From contig OZ242358.1 in the NCBI GenBank assembly GCA_965208835.1, positions 768,001-832,000 on the forward strand: a stretch of 64,000 nt of DNA. The letters run 5' to 3'. The stretch is from Candidatus Latescibacterota bacterium (GTDB taxonomy: Bacteria > Latescibacterota > UBA2968 > GCA-2709665). Of the stretch, positions 9,070-17,806 are shown piece by piece; positions within the stretch are counted from its first letter, which is position 1; each line of letters begins with the position of its first letter. A program made the position numbers and the translations under genes. The notes under the pieces were generated by a model. It searched no databases. It saw only the letters and a program-made list of their open reading frames with translations, and was not told the origin of the DNA.

Positions 9070-10209
9070 ATGAGGCCCGATTTGCCAACATCCATCTGCA
9101 AGCGGCTTGCCTGTCTCGCGGCGCTGTTTTTTATCGCGTCCTGCGGCGGCAAGGAAACGCCCCCGGCGCCCGAACCGCAGCCAACCGAACCGACGGGCGG
9201 GCGGGACCTGAGCAACCGCGCGCTGCTTTCCGACGACAAGTTCGGGGCCGACTCTAACCCCACCGGCAATCCGATCGGCGGCGGCGAGGGATACGATCAA
9301 CTGGTTGAGGAGTACGATTTCTTCGTCACCAACCGGGCGGAGTTGCTGGATGCGCTCAAGCAGGCGACGGGGGGGCAGGTGGTCTACGTGGCGGATACCG
9401 CGAGGGTGGACCTGACCGGGGATACGGACATCGAGATCCGTGCGGGCGTCACGCTGGCCAGCGGCCGGGGCAAGCCCGATTCCGACGGCGGCCTCATTTT
9501 TTCTGAACTGCTGGATACGGCGCCGTTGTTTGTCTCCGTCGGTCCCGACGTTCGGCTTACCGGCCTCAGGCTGGAGGGACCGGACTCGATGAGACGCACC
9601 GAACAGATGACGCAGCTCCTGAGGGAAGGGCGGTTCTACAGCATACCCAACTCCAGGGCCATCGAGACCTTCCAACCGAGGCTGGAAGTGGACAACTGCG
9701 AACTCTGGGGCTGGAGTCACGGCGCGATTTTCCTCCGGAGGAATTCCACGGACAACCACATCCACCACAACTATATCCACCACAATCAGCGCCACGGCCT
9801 CGGCTACGGCGTGGTGATGGACAATTCCGAAGCGCTCATCGAAGCCAACCTGTTCGACTGGTGCCGGCACCACATCGCGGGCACGGGCAGGCCGAACACC
9901 AGCTACGAAGCCAGATACAACATGGTTCTGGAGAACGCCAACAGCCACAGCTTCGATATGCACGGCGGCAGAGACCGCGAAGACGGAACGCACATTGCCG
10001 GAAACCTCATTCTCATCCACCACAACACGTTTCTAGCCGTCGACGTGGAAGCGGTGGTCATCCGGGGCATACCACAGGATATATGCGAAGTCTACAACAA
10101 TTGGTTTATCCACTGGCTCCCGGCTACGGCCATCAAACAGGTCTACGCTACGGGAAATATGAGAAACTACTCAAACCAGTACACGCATACCCGGGTCGTG
10201 AAGGACTGA
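9070..10209 (+). CDS. Lipoprotein with right-handed parallel beta-helix domain (paralog 2, tandem duplicate)
   Basis: Lipobox IASC; long identical stretches shared with 7870..9003. Confidence 0.75.
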   Translation: MRPDLPTSICKRLACLAALFFIASCGGKETPPAPEPQPTEPTGGRDLSNRALLSDDKFGADSNPTGNPIGGGEGYDQLVEEYDFFVTNRAELLDALKQATGGQVVYVADTARVDLTGDTDIEIRAGVTLASGRGKPDSDGGLIFSELLDTAPLFVSVGPDVRLTGLRLEGPDSMRRTEQMTQLLREGRFYSIPNSRAIETFQPRLEVDNCELWGWSHGAIFLRRNSTDNHIHHNYIHHNQRHGLGYGVVMDNSEALIEANLFDWCRHHIAGTGRPNTSYEARYNMVLENANSHSFDMHGGRDREDGTHIAGNLILIHHNTFLAVDVEAVVIRGIPQDICEVYNNWFIHWLPATAIKQVYATGNMRNYSNQYTHTRVVKD

Positions 10210-10346
10210 GCGACGAAGAATGCACACCGTCTGGCGTCCAGAAGAGCGCTTTCCCTGATCCCGTCGCACATCGGCGGGATTCTTGCGAATCTTTCAGAAA
10301 CACAACGCCAGGGAAGTTTCCATATTCGAGGAGAGGAGTCCGGCGA

Positions 10347-10799
10347 ATGTCGAAATGCTGGAAGGTCTACCTGGCCGGCGAAATCCACAGCGACTGGCGG
10401 GACCGGATCGCAAGCGCGGCGGCGGAAAGGGAGCTTCCGGTTTCCTTCACGGCTCCGGTGACCGACCACGCCGCCAGCGACAACTGCGGCGTGGATATCC
10501 TGGGTCCGGAGGAGTCCTCGTTCTGGAAGGACCACAAGGGCGCGAAGATCAATGCCATCCGGACCCGGACGCTCATTGGCGACGCCGACGTCGTGGTCGT
10601 GCGTTTCGGAGACAAGTACCGGCAGTGGAACGCGGCGTTCGACGCCGGGTTCGCCGCTGCCCTGGGCAAGCCGATAATTGTGATACACGACGCAGGCATC
10701 GCCCACGCGCTCAAGGAAGTCGACTCGGCGGCCCTGGCGGTGGCGGAGACGCCCGAACAGGTGGCGGACGTACTCGGTTACGTTGTCCATGGGACCTGA
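10347..10799 (+). CDS. YtoQ family protein (nucleoside 2-deoxyribosyltransferase-like)
   Basis: VYLAGEIHSDWR, PVTDH..SD.CG, RFGDKYRQWNAAFDAG; GGAG RBS before ATG 10347. Confidence 0.88.
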   Translation: MSKCWKVYLAGEIHSDWRDRIASAAAERELPVSFTAPVTDHAASDNCGVDILGPEESSFWKDHKGAKINAIRTRTLIGDADVVVVRFGDKYRQWNAAFDAGFAAALGKPIIVIHDAGIAHALKEVDSAALAVAETPEQVADVLGYVVHGT

Positions 10800-11037
10800 A
10801 AGTCGCATTCCGAAATCCCATTCTTCCCGACGCCCCTCGTGCCGGCGTGCAAAAAACACCTTGAAAGATGAACAAAGATGCACTATATTTAGGTGCTGTC
10901 TTTCCCCTTTATTTCCCCACAGTTAGGTTCCTTTTAGGCCCCATTCCGACCTGATTCCGCGTCAGGTTCGTCTGTCTCCCCGGTTGTACATTCGCCGCGC
11001 GGGGTCGCATCATCCAGCGATCCCGAAAAGGTGGGTT

Positions 11038-12939
11038 ATGCCCGAAACAAATCCGACGATTCAGAGTCCAGGTCAGCTCTCGCTCTCCATCAACGGAAAA
11101 CCCGCGACCACCCGTCGATCCTCCGGCAGGAACACCAACGGCGCGTCGCCCGAACACGGGTACGACGAGTCCAAGGTCAAAACGCTCAGCTCGCTGGAAC
11201 ACATACGGCTCCGCACAGGCATGTACATCGGCCGGCTGGGCGACGGTTCCAATCCGGACGACGGCATCTACGTCCTGCTCAAGGAAGTCATCGACAACGC
11301 CGTAGACGAATTCATCATGGGTTATGGTAAAAAGATTGACGTCAGCATCGAAGACAACCGGGTCCGTGTCCGGGACTACGGCCGCGGCATTCCGCTGGGC
11401 AAGGTCATCGACTGCGTTTCCATCATCAATACCGGCGCGAAGTACAACGACGACGTCTTCCAGTTCAGCGTGGGCCTCAACGGCGTCGGCACCAAGGCCG
11501 TCAATGCCCTCTCTTCCGATTTCAGGGCGGTCGCCTACAGGGAGGGAGAATTCTTCGAAGCCCGCTTCGAGCGCGGCCGGTTGAAGAAGAAGCTGAAGGG
11601 ACGGAAACCCGGGGAACCCGACGGCTCCTATTTCGAGTTTCTTCCCGATGTTCAGATCTTCGGCGATGACTTCGCGTTCAACTTCGATTACGTCCGGCAG
11701 CGGCTGTGGAATTACGCATGCCTGAACAGTGGACTTTCGCTGGTCTTCAACAAGGAACGATTTGTATCCAGGAACGGATTGCTGGACTTCCTCACACGCG
11801 AAGTCGGCGAGACCGCCCTCTATGAGCCATTGTATCACAAGTCCCAATACCTGGAGTTCGCGTTTAGCCACACGGCCAGCTTTGGGGAGACGTATTTCTC
11901 TTTCGTCAACGGCCAACACACCAGCGACGGCGGGGCCCACCAGAGCGCCTTTCGCGAGGGCATCCTCAAGGGTGTGAATGAATTCTACAAGAAGAACTAC
12001 AACGGCATCGACGTGCGGGAGAGCATCTCCGGCGCCGTTGCCGTCAAGCTCAAGGCGCCTGTCTTCGAGTCGCAGACCAAGAACAAGCTTGGGAATACGG
12101 ATATTCGGGGGTGGATTGTCACGGAGGTCAAGAGCGCCGTGGTCGACCTCCTTCACAAGAACCAGACCGCGGCCGGGCGCCTGTCCGAGAAGATCGCCCA
12201 GAACGAAAAGTTGAGAAAGGAACTCAACGCCGTAAAGAAAGAAGCCAAGGAAGCCGCCCGGAAGATCGCAATCAAGATTCCGCACTTTAAAGACTGCAAG
12301 TTCCACCTGGGCCAGAAGAAGCATGGCGAAGACTCAACCATCTTCATCACCGAGGGCCCGTCCGCGGCGGGGTCCATGGTCGCTGCGCGCGACGTCCTCA
12401 CCCAGGCGATATTCGGCCTGAAGGGCGTTCCATTGAACGTATTCGGCAAGAACAAGGCCGCGGTGTACAAGAACGAGGAATTGTACAACCTCATGATGGC
12501 GCTGGGTATCGAAGACAGCATCGAAAACCTGCGTTTTAACAAAATCGTCATTGCCACCGATGCCGACCACGATGGTTACCATATCCGGTACCTGCTCCTC
12601 ACGTATTTCCTGAACTACTTCGAGGAACTGGTGCTGGCCGGCCATCTCTATATCCTCGAAACCCCGCTGTTCCGCGTCCGGAACAGCAAGGTCACGCGCT
12701 ACTGTTACAACAACCGGGAGCGCGACAGCGCCGTTGCGGAGGTCAAAAACCCGGAAATCACCCGCTTCAAGGGGCTTGGGGAAATCTCGCCGAAAGAATT
12801 CGGTCAATTCATCGGCGACGACATGCGTCTGGTCAAAGTCAATATCCGCTCCATATCCGAAATCGCCAACACGCTCAGCTTCTACATGGGCAAGAACACC
12901 CCCGAACGCAGGGACTACATCGTCGAAAACCTGATCTGA
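11038..12939 (+). CDS. parE: DNA topoisomerase IV subunit B
   Basis: HIRLRTGMYIG, EVIDNAVDE, DYGRGIP, GLNGVG, TEGPSA, DADHDG; short GyrB/ParE type paired with a short subunit A. Confidence 0.88.
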   Translation: MPETNPTIQSPGQLSLSINGKPATTRRSSGRNTNGASPEHGYDESKVKTLSSLEHIRLRTGMYIGRLGDGSNPDDGIYVLLKEVIDNAVDEFIMGYGKKIDVSIEDNRVRVRDYGRGIPLGKVIDCVSIINTGAKYNDDVFQFSVGLNGVGTKAVNALSSDFRAVAYREGEFFEARFERGRLKKKLKGRKPGEPDGSYFEFLPDVQIFGDDFAFNFDYVRQRLWNYACLNSGLSLVFNKERFVSRNGLLDFLTREVGETALYEPLYHKSQYLEFAFSHTASFGETYFSFVNGQHTSDGGAHQSAFREGILKGVNEFYKKNYNGIDVRESISGAVAVKLKAPVFESQTKNKLGNTDIRGWIVTEVKSAVVDLLHKNQTAAGRLSEKIAQNEKLRKELNAVKKEAKEAARKIAIKIPHFKDCKFHLGQKKHGEDSTIFITEGPSAAGSMVAARDVLTQAIFGLKGVPLNVFGKNKAAVYKNEELYNLMMALGIEDSIENLRFNKIVIATDADHDGYHIRYLLLTYFLNYFEELVLAGHLYILETPLFRVRNSKVTRYCYNNRERDSAVAEVKNPEITRFKGLGEISPKEFGQFIGDDMRLVKVNIRSISEIANTLSFYMGKNTPERRDYIVENLI

Positions 12940-13148
12940 GAAGCTGTTTTAAAATTCCCGGTGAGTCCCGAGCGCGAGCGAAAATGTGTCGGTTATGAGG
13001 CGCGAGGGGCGCGCAGCGCCGACGGGCAAAGGCGCCTAAGAGAGGCGAGCAAGCGCAGCCTCGACCTCTCGATACGGGTGCTTTTGACCAACGCAGACCG
13101 ACGGGTTTGCAGCCGCGCGAAGACCGCTGAGGGTTTTAAGACAGCTTC
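12940..13148. mobile_element. MITE family M1, copy 1 (209 bp)
   Basis: TIRs GAAGCTGTTTTAAAA / TTTTAAGACAGCTTC; homologous inverted copy at 24492..24676; flanks TGA / CGA. Confidence 0.8.
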
Positions 13149-13244
13149 CGAACACCGGGTCAACCCCAATGCAGGGGTCAGGAGAAAACCGTGTTTCCGT
13201 CTTTTCCTGGCCCCTGAGTTCTTACGCGGCAAAGAGGAGAAACC

Positions 13245-15134
13245 GTGGCGTTCGTAGACACCCTTTACGAAAAATACTACCTCGAATTTGCGTCCTATTC
13301 CATCAAGAACCGGGCGATACCCAGTATCGACGACGGTTTCAAGCCGGTTCAGCGGCGCATCCTGCACGCCCTCCACGAGATGGACGACGGCAAGTACCAC
13401 AAGGTTGCCAACGTCGTGGGCCAGACCATGAGGTACCATCCCCATGGGGATCTCTCAATCTTCGGCGCCCTCGTCAACCTGGCGAACAAGGAGCTGTTCA
13501 TCGACAGGCAGGGCAACTTCGGCAACATCTTCACGGGCGACGAGGCCTCCGCGGCGCGCTATATCGAATGCCGGCTCACGCCTTTGGCCAGAGAGGTCCT
13601 GTTCAACCCTGAGACGACCGAATTTGAAGATTCGTACGACGGCCGCAACCGTGAGCCACTCGCCTTTCCTGCGAAGATCCCGGTCCTGCTCGCCATAGGC
13701 TCCGAGGGCATCGCCGCGGGCATGACCACCCGGATTCTCCCGCACAACCTGATCGAACTGCTCGAGGCGCAGATCGCCTGCCTGCAGGACAGGCCCTTCC
13801 GCCTCCATCCCGACTTTCCCACGGGCGGGATGGTGGATGTCTCTCAATATGACGACGGCAACGGAAAGGTTCTGGCCAGGGCAAGGCTGGATACAAAGGA
13901 TCCGAAACGCATCATCGTGCGTGAACTGCCATTCGGTACGACAACCGAGACCCTCATCGCCTCCATCGAAGACGCATCCAAAAAAGGCAAACTCAAAATC
14001 TCGGGTATCAGCGACTATACGACCGATCAGGTGGAAATTGAAATCCAGCTCGCCCGCGGCGTGCATACCAGGGATACCGTCGACGCCCTGTATGCGTTTA
14101 CGGACTGCGAGACGTCAATTGCGGCGAATCTGCTGGTCATACGCGAGAACCGGCCGCAGATCACCACCGTGACCGATGTGATCCGATACAATACGGACCG
14201 CCTGGTCGAGCTGCTCAGGACCGAACTCAAACTCGAAGAGCGACGGTTGACCGCGCGCCATCACGCGAAGACGCTCGAACAGATCTTCATCGAAAACCGG
14301 ATTTACAAGAGCATCGAGGAGGAGACCACCTCCGAGGATGTGTACCGTGCGGTATTCGAAGGGCTCGAACACTTCAAGGAGAGCATCAGGGCGGAAGTCT
14401 CCCATGAGGACGTGGATAACCTGCTCAAGATCCCCATCAGGCGCATCTCGCTCTACGATATCAACAAGGTCCAGGAAGAAATGCAGGAAATCCGCAGGCG
14501 CCTCAGGGAGGTCCGCGCCAACCTGCGCGGCATCCAGGCCTACGCCATTGCATTTCTCGAGGGAGTCATTGAGAAATACCGCGTCGATCACCCCCGGAAG
14601 ACCGAGGTCGCAAGCATCCAGAGAGTCGACGTCCGGGAAGCCGCCCAGCGAAATCTTAAGCTGCGCTACGACAAGAATACCGGTTACCTGGGCCACCAGG
14701 TCAACGGCGTCGCCCTTTTCGATGTGTCTGCGTACGACCGTGTTCTGGTGATCCGCAAGTCCGGAATGTACTCCGTGGTGGACGTCCCTGAAAAACTCTT
14801 CGTGGACAAGGGCATGCTTTTCTGCGGTTTCGTGGTGGAAGACCGCGTCTACAACGTCTTCTACAAAGAGAACAGGACCGGATATCTCTACATCAAACGG
14901 TGCAGGATCGACAAGTTCATCCTGAACCGGGGGTACGAACTGGCGCCCGAAGGCTGCCGCATACTGAAACTCACCACGGATTCCAGCCGCACGGTCCGGG
15001 CTTTCTTCAAACCCAAACCGCGGGTGAGAATCACCGAAGAGGATTTCACAATCGACGAGTATCCCGTTCGCGGCAACAAGGCCCGGGGAATCCGCCTGGC
15101 CAACCGCGAAGTCCGGAGCGTGAAGTTTGTCTGA
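13245..15134 (+). CDS. parC: DNA topoisomerase IV subunit A
   Basis: RAIPSIDDGFKPVQRRIL, YHPHGD, SAARYIECRL (catalytic Tyr); short C-terminal domain. Confidence 0.88.
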   Translation: MAFVDTLYEKYYLEFASYSIKNRAIPSIDDGFKPVQRRILHALHEMDDGKYHKVANVVGQTMRYHPHGDLSIFGALVNLANKELFIDRQGNFGNIFTGDEASAARYIECRLTPLAREVLFNPETTEFEDSYDGRNREPLAFPAKIPVLLAIGSEGIAAGMTTRILPHNLIELLEAQIACLQDRPFRLHPDFPTGGMVDVSQYDDGNGKVLARARLDTKDPKRIIVRELPFGTTTETLIASIEDASKKGKLKISGISDYTTDQVEIEIQLARGVHTRDTVDALYAFTDCETSIAANLLVIRENRPQITTVTDVIRYNTDRLVELLRTELKLEERRLTARHHAKTLEQIFIENRIYKSIEEETTSEDVYRAVFEGLEHFKESIRAEVSHEDVDNLLKIPIRRISLYDINKVQEEMQEIRRRLREVRANLRGIQAYAIAFLEGVIEKYRVDHPRKTEVASIQRVDVREAAQRNLKLRYDKNTGYLGHQVNGVALFDVSAYDRVLVIRKSGMYSVVDVPEKLFVDKGMLFCGFVVEDRVYNVFYKENRTGYLYIKRCRIDKFILNRGYELAPEGCRILKLTTDSSRTVRAFFKPKPRVRITEEDFTIDEYPVRGNKARGIRLANREVRSVKFV

Positions 15135-15226
15135 TCGCGCCCGCGGGCACCAATCGGGATGAGGCGACACGGCCGGAATAGCCTCTGTTTACGTATCCGG
15201 GCATCACTATAGAAGAATACCCCCAA

Positions 15227-15991
15227 ATGTTCCAGAAACCTCTTGCCGACCTTCTGGACCTGTCCGGACAGGTCGCCATCGTCACCGGCGCAAGCCGGGG
15301 CATCGGAAAATGCATCGCCGAGGTGTTCCATCAGGCGGGCGCCCGCCTCACGCTGGTTGCGCGAAACGCGGGTCCATTGGAAGCGGTCGCCGATGCGCTG
15401 TCTGCCGGGGAAGACGTACTCCCCGCGCCGGCCGACGTTGCGGACGAGGCCCAGGTCAACGCGTTCGTGCAAAGGACCGTGGACGAATTCGGCCGCGTCG
15501 ACGTCCTGGTCAACAATGCCGGGGTGTCGAGCCCGGGACCCTATACGGGCGTGGATCACGCCGAGTGGCAGCGGGTGATCGGCGCCAATCTCACCGGCGC
15601 GTATCTCTGCTGCCTGGCGGCGGCCCCTTACCTGGAAAAACAAAAAAGCGGCCGCATCATCAATATCTCATCCATAAGCGGCCAGACGGGCGGGGTCGCC
15701 GGCGGCGTCCACTATGGCAGCTCGAAGGCCGGAATGATCGGGATGACAAAGACCCTCTCCCGCGACCTGGCTGCCAGCAACGTCACGGTCAACGCAATTA
15801 CTCCGGGCGTCATCGAAACCAGCATGCAAATCCCTCCGGATACCCGAAGCCGCATCAACGAACTCATTCCTCTGGGTTACGTGGGCCAGCCCGAGGAAAT
15901 CGCCTACGCCGCCCTTTTCCTGGCGTCGCGGATGGGCGCGTATATCACCGGCGCCACGATCGACGTGAACGGGGGGATTTTGAAGCGGTGA
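15227..15991 (+). CDS. SDR family oxidoreductase (FabG-like)
   Basis: TGASRGIG, NNAG, YGSSK catalytic motif. Confidence 0.92.
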   Translation: MFQKPLADLLDLSGQVAIVTGASRGIGKCIAEVFHQAGARLTLVARNAGPLEAVADALSAGEDVLPAPADVADEAQVNAFVQRTVDEFGRVDVLVNNAGVSSPGPYTGVDHAEWQRVIGANLTGAYLCCLAAAPYLEKQKSGRIINISSISGQTGGVAGGVHYGSSKAGMIGMTKTLSRDLAASNVTVNAITPGVIETSMQIPPDTRSRINELIPLGYVGQPEEIAYAALFLASRMGAYITGATIDVNGGILKR

Positions 15992-16255
15992 GAAAACCGG
16001 GTAGGCGTAAGCCGGGAGAGGGTAGAGAACCACACCCCAGCCCACCACCTGGTGAGAAGGAAGACGGGAGAGGGGAGAGATTGGACGCCGTAAAGGGTTT
16101 TTTTCATGCCGCAGGCAAGTCGGGGCAACAGATCGGCAAGGGCGTCTTCTCCCGTCTCACCTCTACCGGCTCCCCGCATTTCTTCTACCCTCTTCCCTCT
16201 CACCGCCTCTAACCGACCTCTCCCCCCGGCCCCCTCTCCTGAAGGAAAGGGGGAG
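15989..16255 (+). repeat. R1 copy 2 (extended, with CCCTCTCC..GGGG hairpin)
   Basis: Degenerate R1 core 16061-16167; 41-nt module shared with 36150/36202; begins at the SDR stop codon. Confidence 0.7.
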
Positions 16256-16339
16256 AAGAATCAGGAAGACCCGGCTCACACGGAGACACGAAGACACAAA
16301 GAAAGGCAAGGAAGAACGAAAACCGAACAGGAGATGAAT

Positions 16340-17530
16340 ATGGATGCTCGACAAGCCCGATGGAAACCCGGTCCGGAGACGATTAAGTCTCTGCTCTCGC
16401 TGATCAAGTCCGATCCCGAAGAAGTACGGTGGACGGATATCGGCTGGGAGACCGACCTCTGGGCGGCCCGCCGCCGCGCGGCCGCGGTGCGGAGACCGCT
16501 GTTTATCTGGGCGATGAACGGCAACCCGCTCGGCTGCGTCTGAAACAACGGCATCGCGGGCCGTGAGTCCGTCTTCTCCCATCCGAAAATTATCCGGATC
16601 CTGAACGAATCCTACATTCCCGTTGCGGACAACTGCAGCTATACCCAGACGCAGAAAGACGCCAAGGGCGAGTTCTTCCGCCTCGTGGCCGAACAGGGCC
16701 ATTACGGTGGAGTCACCGAACCCACGGCCACCCGGCAGGGCCTGTACGCGTGTACCTCGGACGGCGAGCTGCTGGGGTCCATCAACACGCGGGATGCAGC
16801 CCCGCTCCTGGAAGTACTCGAGCAAAGCCTGGAACGGTGGCGGAAACGCCCGGATGCCGGCGATTCGACCGACATTCCCGAATCCTATCCCGTCGATCCC
16901 ATGCTCGGTTGGTCCTATCCCGAAAACGGCCTTGTACTGAAAGTCACGGTTCGCGACCTTCCGCGAAACTCCGGCGGCGTCGACCCCCGGCACAACATCG
17001 ACTTCGCGTGGTTTACCGAAGAGGAGGCCCTGTCACTCGTGCCTGAAAATGCCGGGCACGGTCAGACCTTTCGCGCGCCGGATTTTTTCACGAGGCGTCT
17101 GGCCCTGAATCAATTCATCGATACGGCCCGCGGTCAATCGCACGGATGGAAGGATGAAGACCTGAAAGACGGAGAGATCAGCCTGACGGTCGAATCTTTC
17201 CAATCCGACCTCGTCCGGCTCCGCATGGAGGGCCGCATCCACCTGGAAGGGGAACCCAATTTCGAATCCAATCCCCACAGCGGCCTGACGGTTGACAAGC
17301 CTCGCGGATTGAAACTGGATCTGTATGGGCGGCTCGCGTACGATCCGATTCGGCGAAAATTCAAGGCTTTCGATGCCGTCGCGACCGGTGACCGCTGGGG
17401 CTGCACCACCTACAACGTTCGCTTCGACGACCCAGGCCCCGCGCCCATCGGCTTCGCCTTCGAACTCGCGTCTGACGATCTCATCGAACGCACCCCTCCC
17501 GCATCAATCCGGCGGAATTATTTCGAATAA
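16340..17530 (+). CDS. Putative selenoprotein (Sec at UGA 16541-16543), thioredoxin-like fold, Selenoprotein N-like
   Basis: ORFs 16106..16543 and 16685..17530 are in frame and joined by 47 stop-free codons; AGGAG RBS before ATG 16340; GNPLGCV-UGA-NNG; hairpin 12 nt downstream of the UGA. Confidence 0.8.
16556..16572 (+). promoter_or_regulatory. Candidate bacterial SECIS apical stem-loop
   Basis: GCGGGC-CGUGA-GUCCGU (6 bp including 2 G.U pairs) starting 12 nt after the UGA. Confidence 0.55.
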
Positions 17531-17595
17531 CGATGCCGTTGGGGATTTAGAAAAAGAATCGGATTGTTGCTGCAACCAGTCGTTACCGGTAAACC

Positions 17596-17628
17596 AAAGG
17601 CGCCTCGGCGAAGAGCCGAGGCGCTTTT
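17596..17628 (+). terminator. Rho-independent terminator-like hairpin
   Basis: AAAGGCGCCTCGGC-GAAGA-GCCGAGGCGCTTTT downstream of 17530. Confidence 0.7.
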
Positions 17629-17668
17629 AACGTCCATATATACTGCTTTACCCGCGAATCATTCATCA

Positions 17669-17692
17669 AGCGCGGCTGAGCGGAGCGAAGCC
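17669..17692 (+). repeat. Small hairpin element (S23 family)
   Basis: GGCT-GAGCGGAGCGA-AGCC; same 11-nt GAG..CGA loop as the 30548 and 32211 units. Confidence 0.5.
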
Positions 17693-17806
17693 ACACAATT
17701 GGGGTGCAGGTCGCGTCGCTGCGTCCTTGACACCGGCGGCCACTGAGGTTTTATATGGTATGTCGTCCGGTACGACCGACTTCACAACCAATGAAGGAGC
17801 GTTTCA

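Noticed and set aside
7819-10023. Long antisense or alternative-frame ORFs (e.g. 7819..10023-, 155..1216+, 10909..12324-, 38701..40080+, 61018..62205+)
   Set aside because: They shadow well-supported genes and lack motifs; such ORFs are expected at high GC.
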